This document shows, piece after piece, positions 10,403-21,663 of a DNA stretch of 50,126 bases; position 1 is the stretch's first letter, and each line of letters opens with the position of its first letter. The stretch is taken from the sequence record NC_049948.1. The stretch is one strand, 5' to 3'. This stretch comes from Escherichia phage ev017. The translations under genes were made by a program, and so were the position numbers. A model generated the notes under the pieces. The model worked only from the letters and a program-made list of their open reading frames with translations. It was not told where the DNA came from and did not search any database.

Positions 10403-10818
10403 GTTTTGCCCTGAAACTGGCGCGAGAGATGGGGCGACCTGACTGGCGCGCCATGCTTGCCGGGATGTCATCCACGGAGTATGCCGACTGGCACCGCTTT
10501 TACAGTACCCATTATTTTCATGATGTTCTGCTGGATATGCACTTTTCCGGGCTGACGTACACTGTGCTCAGCCTGTTTTTCAGCGATCCGGATATGCATC
10601 CGCTGGATTTCAGTTTGCTGAACCGGCGTGAGGATGACGAAGAGCCTGAAGATGATGTGCTGATGCAGAAAGCGGCAGGGCTTACCGGAGGCGTCCGCTT
10701 TGACCCGGACGGAAATGAAGTTATCCCCGCTTCCCCGGATATGGCGGGCATGACGGAGGATGACGTAATGCTGATGACAGTATCAGAAGGGATCGCAGGA
10801 GGAGTCCGGTATGGCTGA
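9980..10818 (+). CDS. G-T: Tail assembly chaperone G-T (programmed -1 frameshift fusion product)
   Basis: Slippery heptamer GGGAAAG at about 10378-10384 near the end of G; the -1 frame ORF 10384-10818 matches lambda gpT. Confidence 0.85.
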
Positions 10819-13372
10819 ACCGGTAGGCGATCTGGTCGTTGATTTAAGTCTGGATGCGGCCAGATTTGACGAGCAGATGGCCAGAGTCAGGCGTCATTTT
10901 TCCGGTACGGAAAGTGATGCGAAAAAAACAGCGGCAGTCGTTGAACAGTCGCTGAGCCGACAGGCGCTGGCTGCACAGAAAGCGGGGATTTCCGTCGGGC
11001 AGTATAAAGCCGCCATGCGTATGCTGCCTGCACAGTTCACCGACGTGGCCACGCAGCTTGCAGGCGGGCAAAGCCCGTGGCTGATCCTGCTGCAACAGGG
11101 TGGTCAGGTTAAGGACTCCTTCGGCGGGATGATCCCCATGTTCCGGGGGCTTGCCGGTGCGATCACCCTGCCGATGGTCGGGGCCACCTCGCTGGCGGTG
11201 GCGACCGGTGCGCTGGCGTATGCCTGGTATCAGGGTAACTCAACCCTGTCCGATTTCAACAAAACGCTGGTCCTTTCCGGCAATCAGTCGGGTCTGACGG
11301 CAGATCGTATGCTGGTCCTGTCCAGAGCCGGGCAGGCGGCAGGGCTGACGTTTAACCAGACCAGCGAGTCACTCAGCGCACTGGTTAAGGCGGGAGTAAG
11401 CGGTGAGGCTCAGATTGCATCCATCAGCCAGAGTGTGGCGCGTTTCTCCTCTGCATCCGGCGTGGAGGTGGACAAGGTCGCTGAAGCCTTCGGGAAGCTG
11501 ACCACTGACCCGACGTCGGGGCTGACGGCGATGGCGCGCCAGTTCCATAACGTAACGGCGGAGCAGATTGCGTATGTTGCTCAGTTGCAGCGTTCCGGCG
11601 ATGAATCCGGGGCATTGCAGGCGGCGAACGAGGCCGCAACGAAAGGGTTTGATGACCAGACCCGACGCCTGAAAGAGAACATGGGCACGCTGGAAACCTG
11701 GGCAGACAGGACAGCACGGGCATTCAAATCCATGTGGGATGCGGTGCTGGATATTGGTCGTCCTGATACCGCTCAGGAGATGCTGATTAAGGCAGAGGCT
11801 GCGTTTAAGAAAGCGGACGACATCTGGAATCTGCGCAAGGATGATTATTTTGTTAACGATGAAGCGCGGGCGCGTTACTGGGATGATCGTGAAAAGGCCC
11901 GTCTTGCGCTTGAAGCCGCCCGAAAGAAGGCTGAACAGCAGAGTCAACAGGACAAAAATGCGCAGCAGCAGAGCGATACCGAAGCATCACGGCTGAAATA
12001 TACCGAAGAGGCGCAGAAGGCTTACGAACGGCTGCAGACACCGCTGGAGAAATATACCGCCCGTCAGGAAGAACTGAACAAGGCACTGAAAGACGGGAAA
12101 ATCCTGCAGGCAGATTACAACACGCTGATGGCGGCGGCGAAAAAGGATTATGAAGCGACGCTGAAAAAGCCGAAACAGTCCGGCGTGAAGGTGTCTGCGG
12201 GCGATCGTCAGGAAGACAGTGCTCATGCTGCCCTGCTGACGCTTCAGGCTGAACTCCGGACGCTGGAGAAGCATGCCGGAGCAAATGAGAAAATCAGCCA
12301 GCAGCGCCGGGATTTGTGGAAGGCGGAGAGTCAGTTCGCGGTACTGGAGGAGGCGGCGCAACGTCGCCAGCTGTCTGCACAGGAGAAATCCCTGCTGGCG
12401 CATAAAGATGAGACGCTGGAGTACAAACGCCAGCTGGCTGCACTTGGCGACAAGGTTACGTATCAGGAGCGCCTGAACACGCTGGCGCAGCAGGCGGATA
12501 AATTCGCACAGCAGCAACGGGCAAAACGGGCCGCTATTGATGCGAAAAGCCGGGGGCTGACTGACCGGCAGGCAGAACGGGAAGCCACGGAACAGCGCCT
12601 GAAGGAACAGTATGGCGATAATCCTCTGGCGCTGAATAACGTCATGTCAGAGCAGAAAAAGACCTGGGCGGCTGAAGACCTGCTTCGCGGGAACTGGATG
12701 GCAGGCCTGAAGTCCGGCTGGAGTGAGTGGGAAGAGAGTGCCACGGACAGTATGTCGCAGGTTAAAAGTGCTGCCACGCAGACCTTTGATGGTATTGCGC
12801 AGAATATGGCGGCGATGCTGACCGGCAGTGAACAGAACTGGCGCAGCTTCACCCGTTCCGTGCTGTCCATGATGACAGAAATTCTGCTTAAGCAGGCAAT
12901 GGTGGGGATTGTCGGGAGTATCGGCAGCGCTATTGGCGGGGCTGTTGGTGGCGGCGCATCCGCGTCAGGCGGTACAGCCATTCAGGCCGCTGCGGCGAAA
13001 CTCCATTTTGCAACCGGAGGATTTACGGGAACCGGCGGCAAATATGAGCCAGCGGGGATTGTTCACCGTGGTGAATTTGTCTTCACGAAGGAGGCAACCA
13101 GCCGGATTGGCGTGGGAAATCTCTACCGGCTGATGCGCGGCTATGCCACCGGCGGTTATGTCGGTGGCACCGGAAGTCCGGCGCAAATGCGGCGTTCAGA
13201 GGGTATCAGGTTTGAGCAGAACAACAACGTGGTGATTCAGAACGACGGTACGAATGGTCTGCCAGGTCCACAGATGATGAAGGCGGTGTATGACATGGCC
13301 CGCAAGGGTGCCCGTGATGAAATCCAGGCACAGATGCGCGATGGTGGTCTGTTCTCCGGAGGTGGACGATGA
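10811..13372 (+). CDS. H: Tail tape measure protein H
   Basis: 853-aa ORF, same length as lambda gpH and collinear. Confidence 0.95.
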   Translation: MAEPVGDLVVDLSLDAARFDEQMARVRRHFSGTESDAKKTAAVVEQSLSRQALAAQKAGISVGQYKAAMRMLPAQFTDVATQLAGGQSPWLILLQQGGQVKDSFGGMIPMFRGLAGAITLPMVGATSLAVATGALAYAWYQGNSTLSDFNKTLVLSGNQSGLTADRMLVLSRAGQAAGLTFNQTSESLSALVKAGVSGEAQIASISQSVARFSSASGVEVDKVAEAFGKLTTDPTSGLTAMARQFHNVTAEQIAYVAQLQRSGDESGALQAANEAATKGFDDQTRRLKENMGTLETWADRTARAFKSMWDAVLDIGRPDTAQEMLIKAEAAFKKADDIWNLRKDDYFVNDEARARYWDDREKARLALEAARKKAEQQSQQDKNAQQQSDTEASRLKYTEEAQKAYERLQTPLEKYTARQEELNKALKDGKILQADYNTLMAAAKKDYEATLKKPKQSGVKVSAGDRQEDSAHAALLTLQAELRTLEKHAGANEKISQQRRDLWKAESQFAVLEEAAQRRQLSAQEKSLLAHKDETLEYKRQLAALGDKVTYQERLNTLAQQADKFAQQQRAKRAAIDAKSRGLTDRQAEREATEQRLKEQYGDNPLALNNVMSEQKKTWAAEDLLRGNWMAGLKSGWSEWEESATDSMSQVKSAATQTFDGIAQNMAAMLTGSEQNWRSFTRSVLSMMTEILLKQAMVGIVGSIGSAIGGAVGGGASASGGTAIQAAAAKLHFATGGFTGTGGKYEPAGIVHRGEFVFTKEATSRIGVGNLYRLMRGYATGGYVGGTGSPAQMRRSEGIRFEQNNNVVIQNDGTNGLPGPQMMKAVYDMARKGARDEIQAQMRDGGLFSGGGR

Positions 13373-13698
13373 AAACCTTCCGCTGGAAAGTGAAACCCGG
13401 GATGGATGTGACATCGGCTCCTTCCGTCAGGGAGGTGCGCTTTGGTGATGGCTATTCCCAGCGTGCGCCTGCCGGGCTGAACGCTGACCTGAAAACGTAC
13501 AGCGTGACGCTGTCTGTCTCCCGTGAGGAGGCCACGGCGCTGGAGTCGTTTCTGGCTGAGCACGGGGGCTGGAAGGCCTTTCTGTGGACGCCGCCTTATG
13601 GTTACAGGCAGATAAAGGTGACCTGCGCAAAATGGTCGTCGCGGGTCAGTATGCTGCGTGTTGAGTTCAGCGCAGAGTTTGAACAGGTGGTGAACTGA
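13369..13698 (+). CDS. M: Tail tip protein M
   Basis: 109-aa ORF matching lambda gpM. Confidence 0.93.
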   Translation: MKTFRWKVKPGMDVTSAPSVREVRFGDGYSQRAPAGLNADLKTYSVTLSVSREEATALESFLAEHGGWKAFLWTPPYGYRQIKVTCAKWSSRVSMLRVEFSAEFEQVVN

Positions 13699-14396
13699 TG
13701 CAGGATATCCGGCAGGAAACATTGAATGAATGCACCCGTGCGGAGCAGTCGGCCAGCGTGGTGCTCTGGGAAATCGATCTGACAGAGGTCGGTGGAGAAC
13801 GTTATTTTTTCTGTAATGAGCAGAACGAAAAAGGTGAGCCGGTCACCTGGCAGGGGCGACAGTATCAGCCGTATCCCATTCAGGGGAGTAGTTTTGAACT
13901 GAATGGCAAAGGCACCAGTACGCGCCCCACGCTGACGGTTTCTAACCTGTACGGTATGGTCACCGGGATGGTGGAAGATCTGCAGAGTCTGGTCGGCGGA
14001 ACGGTGGTCAGGCGTAAGGTTTACGCCCGTTTTCTGGATGCGGTGAACTTCGTCAACGGAAACAGCGACGCCGATCCGGAGCAGGAGGTGATCAGCCGCT
14101 GGCGCATCGAGCAGTGCAGCGAACTGAGTGCGGTCAGTGCCTCCTTTGTACTGTCCACACCGACGGAAACGGATGGTGCCGTTTTTCCGGGGCGCATCAT
14201 GCTGGCTAATACCTGCACCTGGACCTATCGCGGTGATGAGTGCGGTTATCACGGTCCGGCGGTCGCGGATGAATATGATCAGCCGACTTCCGATATCACG
14301 AAGGATAAATGCAGCAAATGCCTGAGCGGCTGTAAGTTTCGCAATAACGTCGGCAACTTTGGCGGCTTCCTTTCCATTAACAAACTTTCGCAGTAA
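13698..14396 (+). CDS. L: Tail tip protein L
   Basis: 232-aa ORF matching lambda gpL. Confidence 0.93.
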   Translation: MQDIRQETLNECTRAEQSASVVLWEIDLTEVGGERYFFCNEQNEKGEPVTWQGRQYQPYPIQGSSFELNGKGTSTRPTLTVSNLYGMVTGMVEDLQSLVGGTVVRRKVYARFLDAVNFVNGNSDADPEQEVISRWRIEQCSELSAVSASFVLSTPTETDGAVFPGRIMLANTCTWTYRGDECGYHGPAVADEYDQPTSDITKDKCSKCLSGCKFRNNVGNFGGFLSINKLSQ

Positions 14397-14401
14397 ATCC
14401 C

Positions 14402-15145
14402 ATGACAGAGACAGAATCAGCGATTCTGGCGCATGCCCGGCGATGTGCGCCAGCGGAGTCGTGCGGCTTCGTGGTGAGAGCGCCGGAGGGGGAAAGATAT
14501 TTTCCCTGCGTGAATATCTCCGGTGAGCCGGAGGCGTATTTCCGGATGGCTCCGGAGGACTGGCTGCAGGCAGAGATGCAGGGTGAGATTGTGGCGCTGG
14601 TCCACAGTCATCCCGGTGGTCTGCCCTGGCTGAGTGAGGCCGACCGGCGGCTGCAGGTGCAGAGTGATTTGCCGTGGTGGCTGGTCTGCCGGGGGGCGAT
14701 TCATAAGTTCCGCTGTGTGCCGCATCTCACCGGGCGGCGCTTTGAGCACGGGGTGACGGACTGTTACACGCTGTTCCGGGACGCTTACCATCTGGCGGGG
14801 ATTGAGATGCCGGACTTTCATCGTGAGGATGACTGGTGGCGTAACGGCCAGAATCTCTATCTTGATAATCTGGAGGCCACAGGGCTGTATCAGGTGCCGT
14901 TGTCAGCGGCGCAGCCGGGCGATGTGCTGCTGTGCTGCTTTGGTTCATCGGTGCCGAATCATGCCGCTATTTACTGTGGTGACGGCGAGCTGCTGCACCA
15001 TATTCCTGAACAACTGAGTAAACGAGAGAGGTATACCGACAAATGGCAGCGACGCACACACTCCCTCTGGCGTCACCGGGCATGGCGCGCATCTGCCTTT
15101 ACGGGGATTTACAACGATTTGGCCGCCGCATCGACCTTCGTGTGA
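14402..15145 (+). CDS. K: Tail tip assembly protein K (MPN/JAMM plus NlpC/P60-like); alternative internal start at 14546 gives the 199-aa form
   Basis: 247-aa ORF; HSHPGG...SEAD JAMM-like motif and C-terminal Cys/His hydrolase-like region; overlaps I by ~100 nt. Confidence 0.88.
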   Translation: MTETESAILAHARRCAPAESCGFVVRAPEGERYFPCVNISGEPEAYFRMAPEDWLQAEMQGEIVALVHSHPGGLPWLSEADRRLQVQSDLPWWLVCRGAIHKFRCVPHLTGRRFEHGVTDCYTLFRDAYHLAGIEMPDFHREDDWWRNGQNLYLDNLEATGLYQVPLSAAQPGDVLLCCFGSSVPNHAAIYCGDGELLHHIPEQLSKRERYTDKWQRRTHSLWRHRAWRASAFTGIYNDLAAASTFV

Positions 15146-15714
15146 AAACGGGGGCTGAAGCCATCCGCGCACTGGCCACACAGCTCCCGGTGTTTCGTCA
15201 GAAACTGAGCGACGGCTGGTATCAGGTACGGATTGCCGGGCGGGACGTCAGCACGTCCGGGTTAACGGCGCAGTTACATGAGACTCTGCCTGATGGCGCT
15301 GTGATTCATATTGTTCCCAGAGTCGCCGGGGCCAAGTCAGGTGGCGTATTCCAGATTGTCCTGGGGGCTGCCGCCATTGCCGGATCATTCTTTACCGCCG
15401 GAGCCACCCTTGCAGCATGGGGGGCAGCCATTGGGGCCGGTGGTATGACCGGCATCCTGTTTTCTCTCGGTGCCAGTATGGTGCTCGGTGGTGTGGCGCA
15501 GATGCTGGCACCGAAAGCCAGAACTCCCCGTACACAGACAACGGATAACGGCAAACAGAACACCTATTTCTCCTCACTGGATAACATGGTTGCCCAGGGC
15601 AATGTTCTGCCGGTTCTGTACGGTGAAATGCGCGTGGGGTCACGCGTGGTTTCTCAGGAGATCAGCACGGCAGACGAAGGGGATGGTGGTCAGGTTGTGG
15701 TGATTGGTCGCTGA
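15043..15714 (+). CDS. I: Tail tip assembly protein I
   Basis: 223-aa ORF matching lambda gpI. Confidence 0.92.
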   Translation: MAATHTLPLASPGMARICLYGDLQRFGRRIDLRVKTGAEAIRALATQLPVFRQKLSDGWYQVRIAGRDVSTSGLTAQLHETLPDGAVIHIVPRVAGAKSGGVFQIVLGAAAIAGSFFTAGATLAAWGAAIGAGGMTGILFSLGASMVLGGVAQMLAPKARTPRTQTTDNGKQNTYFSSLDNMVAQGNVLPVLYGEMRVGSRVVSQEISTADEGDGGQVVVIGR

Positions 15715-15774
15715 TGCAAAATGTTTTATGTGAAACCGCCTCCGGGCGGTTTTATCGTTTATGGAGCATGAGGA

Positions 15775-18700
15775 ATGGGTAAAGGCAGCAGTAAGGGGCA
15801 TACCCCGCGCGAAGCGAAGGACAACCTGAAATCATCCCAGATGCTGAGCGTGATAGACGCCATCAGCGAAGGGCCGGTTGAAGGTCCGGTGGATGGATTA
15901 AAAAGCGTGCTGCTGAACAGTACGCCGGTGCTGGACAGTGAGGGGAATACCAATATATTCGGCGTCACGGTGGTGTTCCGGGCCGGTGAGCAGGAGCAGA
16001 CACCGCCGGAGGGATTTGAATCCTCCGGCTCCGAGACGGTGCTCGGTACAGAAGTGAAATATGACACGCCGATCACCCGGACCATCACGTCGGCAAACAT
16101 TGACCGTCTGCGTTTTACTTTCGGCGTGCAGGCACTGGTGGAAACCACCTCAAAGGGGGACAGGAATCCATCGGAAGTCCGCCTGCTGGTTCAGATTCAA
16201 CGTAACGGTGGCTGGGTGACGGAAAAAGACATCACCATTAAGGGCAAAACCACGTCGCAGTATCTGGCCTCGGTGGTGGTGGATAACCTGCCGCCGCGCC
16301 CGTTTAATATCCGGATGCGCAGGATGACGCCGGACAGCACCACAGACCAGTTGCAGAACAAAACGCTCTGGTCGTCATACACCGAAATCATCGATGTGAA
16401 ACAGTGCTACCCGAACACGGCACTGGTCGGCGTACAGGTGGACTCGGAGCAGTTCGGCAGCCAGCAGGTGAGCCGTAATTATCATCTTCGCGGGCGCATT
16501 CTGCAGGTGCCGTCGAACTATAACCCGCAGACGCGGCAATACAGCGGTATCTGGGACGGAACGTTTAAGCCAGCATACAGCAACAACATGGCCTGGTGTC
16601 TGTGGGATATGCTGACCCATCCGCGCTACGGCATGGGGAAACGTCTTGGTGCGGCAGATGTGGATAAATGGGCGCTGTATGTCATCGGCCAGAATTGCGA
16701 CCAGTCAGTGCCGGACGGCTTTGGCGGCACGGAGCCGCGCATCACCTGTAATGCGTACCTGACCACACAGCGCAAGGCGTGGGATGTGCTCAGTGATTTT
16801 TGCTCGGCGATGCGCTGTATGCCGGTATGGAACGGGCAGACGCTGACATTCGTGCAGGACCGACCGTCGGATAAGGTGTGGACCTATAACCGCAGTAATG
16901 TGGTGATGCCGGATGATGGCGCGCCGTTCCGCTACAGCTTCAGCGCCCTGAAAGACCGCCATAATGCCGTTGAGGTGAACTGGATTGACCCGGATAACGG
17001 CTGGGAGACGGCGACAGAGCTTGTGGAGGACACGCAGGCCATTGCCCGTTACGGTCGTAACGTCACGAAGATGGATGCCTTTGGCTGTACCAGCCGGGGG
17101 CAGGCACACCGCGCCGGGCTGTGGCTGATTAAAACGGAGCTGCTGGAAACGCAGACCGTGGACTTCAGCGTGGGTGCAGAAGGGCTTCGCCATGTACCGG
17201 GCGATGTCATTGAAATCTGTGATGATGACTATGCGGGGATCAGCATCGGCGGGCGCGTGCTGGCGGTGAACAACCAGACGCGGACACTGACGCTCGACCG
17301 TGAAATCACGCTGCCATCCTCCGGCACCACGCTGATAAGCCTGGCTGACGGACAGGGGAATCCGGTCAGCGTGGAGGTCCAGTCCGTCACCGACGGCGTG
17401 AAGGTAAAAGTGAGCCGTGTTCCTGACGGCGTTGCAGAATACAGCGTGTGGGGGCTGAAGTTGCCAACGTTGCGCCAGCGCCTGTTCCGCTGTGTGAGTA
17501 TCCGTGAGAACGATGACGGCACGTATGCCATCACTGCCGTGCAGCATGTACCGGAAAAAGAGGCCATCGTGGATAACGGGGCGCACTTTGACGGCGACCA
17601 GAGCGGCACGGTGAATGGTGTCACGCCGCCAGCGGTGCAGCACCTGACTGCCGAAGTCACCGCAGACAGCGGGGAATATCAGGTGCTGGCGCGCTGGGAC
17701 ACGCCGAAGGTGGTGAAGGGGGTGAGCTTTATGCTTCGCCTGACCGTGGCAGCGGATGACGGCAGTGAGCGGCTGGTCAGCACGGCCCGGACGACGGAAA
17801 CCACATACCGCTTCAGGCAACTGGCGCTGGGGAACTACAGGCTGACAGTCCGGGCGGTAAATGCGTGGGGGCAGCAGGGCGATCCGGCATCGGTATCGTT
17901 CCGGATTGCCGCACCGGCAGCGCCGTCGCAGATTGAGCTGACACCGGGGTATTTTCAGATAACCGCCACGCCGCATCTTGCGGTTTATGATCCGACGGTA
18001 CAGTTTGAGTTCTGGTTCTCGGAAAAGCGGATTGCGGATATCAGGCAGGTTGAAACCACAGCACGCTATCTTGGCACGGCGCTGTACTGGATAGCCGCCA
18101 GTATCAATATCAAACCGGGCCATGATTATTATTTTTACATCCGCAGTGTGAACACCGTTGGCAAATCGGCATTTGTGGAGGCTGTTGGCCAGCCGAGTGA
18201 TGATGCATCCGGCTATCTGAATTTTTTCAAAGGAGAGATAGGGAAAACCCATCTGGCTCAGGAGTTGTGGACGCAGATTGATAACGGTCAGCTTGCGCCT
18301 GACCTGGCTGAAATCAGGACGTCCATTACGGGTGTCAGCAATGAAATCACGCAGACCGTCAATAAGAAACTGGAAGACCAGAGTGCAGCGATCCAGCAGA
18401 TACAGAAGGTTCAGGTTGATACAAATAATAACCTGAACAGCATGTGGGCTGTGAAGCTGCAGCAGATGCAGGACGGACGCCTTTATATCGCGGGTATTGG
18501 TGCCGGTGTTGAGAATACTCCTGACGGTATGCAGAGTCAGGTGCTGCTGGCGGCGGACAGGATTGCGATGATTAATCCTGCGAATGGCAACACAAAGCCG
18601 ATGTTTGTTGGGCAGGGCGATCAGATATTCATGAACGAAGTGTTCCTGAAATATCTGACGGCTCCCACCATTACCAGCGGTGGCAATCCCCCAACGTTTT

Positions 18701-19257
18701 CACTGACACCTGATGGTCGACTTTCTGCGAAAAATGCGGATATCAGCGGTAACGTGAACGCGAACTCCGGGACGCTCAACAACGTCACGATTAATCAGAA
18801 CTGTCGGATTCTGGGAAAACTGTCAGCTAACCAGATTGAAGGTGATATTGTCAAAACGGTGGGAAAAGCCTTTCCGAGAAATGGCAGTTATGCCAGCGGT
18901 ACAATAACGGTCACTGTGTACGATGACCAGGCTTTTGACCGTCAGATAGTAGTCCCCCCCGTTCTGTTTCGTGGGGGTAAGCATGAAAACTTCAACAGCA
19001 ACAACCAACAGTCATACTGGTATTCAACCTGTAAGCTGCAGGTACTGAAGAACGGACAGGAAATCTTTCAGCAACCCGCGACGGATGTCAGCAGGGTATT
19101 TTCATCAGTCATTGATATGCCTGCCGGACACGGCCATGTCACCCTGACTTTCAATGTTTCTTCATATGGTGCTAATAACTGGACGCCAACGACCAGTATC
19201 AGCGACCTTCTTGTTGTTGTGATGAAGAAATCTACAGCCGGTATCAGTATCAGTTGA
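15775..19257 (+). CDS. J: Tip attachment / central tail fibre protein J (host specificity)
   Basis: 1160-aa ORF; N-terminal ~800 aa collinear with lambda gpJ, C-terminal receptor-binding region appears divergent. Confidence 0.93.
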   Translation: MGKGSSKGHTPREAKDNLKSSQMLSVIDAISEGPVEGPVDGLKSVLLNSTPVLDSEGNTNIFGVTVVFRAGEQEQTPPEGFESSGSETVLGTEVKYDTPITRTITSANIDRLRFTFGVQALVETTSKGDRNPSEVRLLVQIQRNGGWVTEKDITIKGKTTSQYLASVVVDNLPPRPFNIRMRRMTPDSTTDQLQNKTLWSSYTEIIDVKQCYPNTALVGVQVDSEQFGSQQVSRNYHLRGRILQVPSNYNPQTRQYSGIWDGTFKPAYSNNMAWCLWDMLTHPRYGMGKRLGAADVDKWALYVIGQNCDQSVPDGFGGTEPRITCNAYLTTQRKAWDVLSDFCSAMRCMPVWNGQTLTFVQDRPSDKVWTYNRSNVVMPDDGAPFRYSFSALKDRHNAVEVNWIDPDNGWETATELVEDTQAIARYGRNVTKMDAFGCTSRGQAHRAGLWLIKTELLETQTVDFSVGAEGLRHVPGDVIEICDDDYAGISIGGRVLAVNNQTRTLTLDREITLPSSGTTLISLADGQGNPVSVEVQSVTDGVKVKVSRVPDGVAEYSVWGLKLPTLRQRLFRCVSIRENDDGTYAITAVQHVPEKEAIVDNGAHFDGDQSGTVNGVTPPAVQHLTAEVTADSGEYQVLARWDTPKVVKGVSFMLRLTVAADDGSERLVSTARTTETTYRFRQLALGNYRLTVRAVNAWGQQGDPASVSFRIAAPAAPSQIELTPGYFQITATPHLAVYDPTVQFEFWFSEKRIADIRQVETTARYLGTALYWIAASINIKPGHDYYFYIRSVNTVGKSAFVEAVGQPSDDASGYLNFFKGEIGKTHLAQELWTQIDNGQLAPDLAEIRTSITGVSNEITQTVNKKLEDQSAAIQQIQKVQVDTNNNLNSMWAVKLQQMQDGRLYIAGIGAGVENTPDGMQSQVLLAADRIAMINPANGNTKPMFVGQGDQIFMNEVFLKYLTAPTITSGGNPPTFSLTPDGRLSAKNADISGNVNANSGTLNNVTINQNCRILGKLSANQIEGDIVKTVGKAFPRNGSYASGTITVTVYDDQAFDRQIVVPPVLFRGGKHENFNSNNQQSYWYSTCKLQVLKNGQEIFQQPATDVSRVFSSVIDMPAGHGHVTLTFNVSSYGANNWTPTTSISDLLVVVMKKSTAGISIS

Positions 19258-19275
19258 ATTTTATAACCCAGATAC

Positions 19276-19304
19276 GGGCGCCAGAAATGGCGCCTTTTTT
19301 ATTT
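19276..19304 (+). terminator. Rho-independent terminator-like hairpin downstream of J
   Basis: GGGCGCC-AGAAAT-GGCGCC stem-loop followed by a T-run. Confidence 0.6.
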
Positions 19305-19315
19305 GTGGAGTGAAT

Positions 19316-21376
19316 ATGGCAGTACAGATTTCAGGCGTGCTGAAAGACGGTGCAGGAAAACCGATACAGAACTGCACCATTCAGCTCAAAGCAAAACGTA
19401 ACAGCACCACGGTTGTGGTGAACACGGTGGCCTCAGAAAATCCGGATGAAGCCGGACGTTACAGCATGGATGTCGAGTATGGCCAGTACAGCGTTATCCT
19501 GCTGGTTGAAGGTTTTCCGCCTTCACATGCCGGGGCCATCACCGTGTATGAGGATTCTAAGCCGGGGACATTGAATGATTTTCTGGGCGCTGCAACAGAA
19601 GATGATGTTCGTCCGGAGGCACTGTATCGTTTTGAAAAGATGGTGGAAGAGGTGGCACGCAACGCTGAAGCCGCCTCTCAGAGCGCAGCGGCAGCAAAGA
19701 AATCAGAAACAGCAGCGGCATCGTCCAGGAATGCGGCGAAAACATCAGAGACGAATGCAGGTAACAGCGCGAAAGCGGCAGCTTCTTCAAAAACAGCCGC
19801 ACAAAACGCAGCAACAGCGGCAGAACGTTCAGAGACAAATGCCCGTGCGTCAGAAGAAGCCTCCGCAGACAGTGAAGAGGCTTCCCGCCGTAATGCAGAG
19901 TCAGCCGCTGAAAATGCCGGAGTCGCCACCACAAAAGCGCGGGAGGCCGCAGCAGACGCAACAAAGGCCGGGCAGAAAAAGGATGAGGCTCTGTCGGCAG
20001 CGACACGGGCTGAAAAGGCGGCAGACCGCGCAGAAGTCGCAGCGGAAGTGACTGCAGAGCCCTATGCGAATATAGTGCCGCCGCTGCCTGATGTGTGGAT
20101 ACCGTTTAACGATTCACTGGATATGATTGCGGGTTTTTCTCCGGGCTATAAAAAAATAGCTATTGGTGACGATGTGGTTCAGGTCGCCAGTGATAAACAG
20201 GTTAATTTCAGTCGCGCATCAACGGCAACATATATCAACAAATCTGGCGAACTGAAAACGGCGGAAATTAATGAGCCGCGATTTGAGTGTGATGGCCTGC
20301 TTATTGAGGGACAAAGAACGAACTACATGCTCAATTCGGAAAGTCCAGCCAGCTGGGGGAAGTCATCAAACATGGATGTGCCCGAAACCGGGACAGATAG
20401 TTTTGGTTTTACTTATGGAAAGTTTGTCTGCAACGATTCTCTGGTTGGGCAAACTTCGGCTATTAATATGGCATCAATTGCTGCAACAAAGTCAGTTGAT
20501 GTCTCAGGCGATAACAAGTACGTGACAACCTCATGCCGTTTTAAAACAGAACGACAGGTAAGGTTACGTATACGGTTTGATAAGTATGATGGTAGTGCAA
20601 CAACTTTTCTTGGCGATGCGTACATTGATACGCAAACGCTTGAAATTAATATGACAGGTGGGGCTGCCGGCAGAATTACGGCACGAGTCAGGAAGGATAA
20701 GACCACAGGCTGGATTTTTGCAGAGGCAACGATTCAGGCAATTGATGGTGAGTTAAAAATAGGCTCTCAGATACAGTATTCTCCTGAGCGGGGTGGGGCA
20801 ACAGTATCTGGTGACTATATTTATCTTGCCACCCCACAAGTAGAGAATGGGCCGTGTGTATCATCATTTATTATTTCAGGAGGCAGCGCAACGACAAGAG
20901 CCAGTGATTTGGTTAGTATCCCCACCAGAAATAATCTTTATAAGTTACCATTTACTTTTTTACTTGAGATTCATAAAAACTGGGATATTGCACCAAACGC
21001 CGCACCCCGCGTGTGGGATATAGCAGCAGCCAATACCGGGCAATCAGCAATTGCAGCAATCAACAGAGGTAGTGGTAAGTTATATATGAGTCTGTCAAAC
21101 CCTTCAGGCTTGTATGTTAATAGCGCAGCGACAGATGTATTTGCAGAGAAAACCACATTTGGATGTATTGCAAAAGCTGATGGTCACTTTCATGTGGTGA
21201 CAAATGGTAAAGCGGTTAATGAAGTTTATTGTGAATATAATGGTGTGACCGCTGATAAAAATATCCGATTTGGAGGGCAGACGAATACTGGAGAACGACA
21301 TCTGTTTGGCCATATTCGCAATTTCCGCATATGGCATAAAGAATTAAATGACAGGCAATTAAAAGAGGTCGTATGA
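19316..21376 (+). CDS. stf: Side tail fibre protein (Stf-like N-terminus, divergent C-terminal domain)
   Basis: N-terminus MAVQISGVLKDGAGKPIQNCTIQLKA...GRYSMDVEYGQYSVIL matches lambda Stf; Ala/Ser-rich repeat shaft; low-GC C-terminal half. Confidence 0.85.
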   Translation: MAVQISGVLKDGAGKPIQNCTIQLKAKRNSTTVVVNTVASENPDEAGRYSMDVEYGQYSVILLVEGFPPSHAGAITVYEDSKPGTLNDFLGAATEDDVRPEALYRFEKMVEEVARNAEAASQSAAAAKKSETAAASSRNAAKTSETNAGNSAKAAASSKTAAQNAATAAERSETNARASEEASADSEEASRRNAESAAENAGVATTKAREAAADATKAGQKKDEALSAATRAEKAADRAEVAAEVTAEPYANIVPPLPDVWIPFNDSLDMIAGFSPGYKKIAIGDDVVQVASDKQVNFSRASTATYINKSGELKTAEINEPRFECDGLLIEGQRTNYMLNSESPASWGKSSNMDVPETGTDSFGFTYGKFVCNDSLVGQTSAINMASIAATKSVDVSGDNKYVTTSCRFKTERQVRLRIRFDKYDGSATTFLGDAYIDTQTLEINMTGGAAGRITARVRKDKTTGWIFAEATIQAIDGELKIGSQIQYSPERGGATVSGDYIYLATPQVENGPCVSSFIISGGSATTRASDLVSIPTRNNLYKLPFTFLLEIHKNWDIAPNAAPRVWDIAAANTGQSAIAAINRGSGKLYMSLSNPSGLYVNSAATDVFAEKTTFGCIAKADGHFHVVTNGKAVNEVYCEYNGVTADKNIRFGGQTNTGERHLFGHIRNFRIWHKELNDRQLKEVV

Positions 21377-21651
21377 AAGATTTAACTTTGAAGTTTCATG
21401 ACAAACTGCAGTTTAAGGCCTTCCTGTCATCTCTTGACTGGGAGGAGGATGAAGACCTCCAGAATAAACTGTTAGTCGATGAAATTGGTTTCACCTACAC
21501 AGAAACAGGGGTAACAGAAGAGGGAGAACCTGTCTGTGTCCGGAATGACGGTTATTTTGTCAACATTCGCATTCTTGATGACTTGTTTGATGTTTCTGTA
21601 TTCTCTGATTATGTCGTGGAGCTGGAAACACCGCTTCGGGAATGGAGCTGA
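21373..21651 (+). CDS. Hypothetical small acidic protein downstream of tail fibre (possible fibre-associated factor)
   Basis: 92-aa ORF whose start overlaps the stf stop; low GC; no recognised motif. Confidence 0.45.
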   Translation: MKDLTLKFHDKLQFKAFLSSLDWEEDEDLQNKLLVDEIGFTYTETGVTEEGEPVCVRNDGYFVNIRILDDLFDVSVFSDYVVELETPLREWS

Positions 21652-21663
21652 AAGGAGGAAATA

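Noticed and set aside
11369-12981. Several minus-strand ORFs (99-192 aa) inside the tape measure gene H
   Set aside because: Antisense or alternative frames within H; compositionally biased (Arg/Pro/Ala-rich) and unsupported.
16705-18252. 515-aa ORF on the minus strand inside J
   Set aside because: Antisense to a strongly supported, lambda-collinear J gene; Arg/Pro/Cys-rich translation typical of antisense GC-rich frames; no RBS or homology.
19557-20051. Overlapping ORFs (149-158 aa, Arg/Gln/Lys-rich) within the stf repeat region
   Set aside because: Alternative frames of the Ala/Ser-rich repeat shaft of the tail fibre gene; low-complexity frame artefacts.
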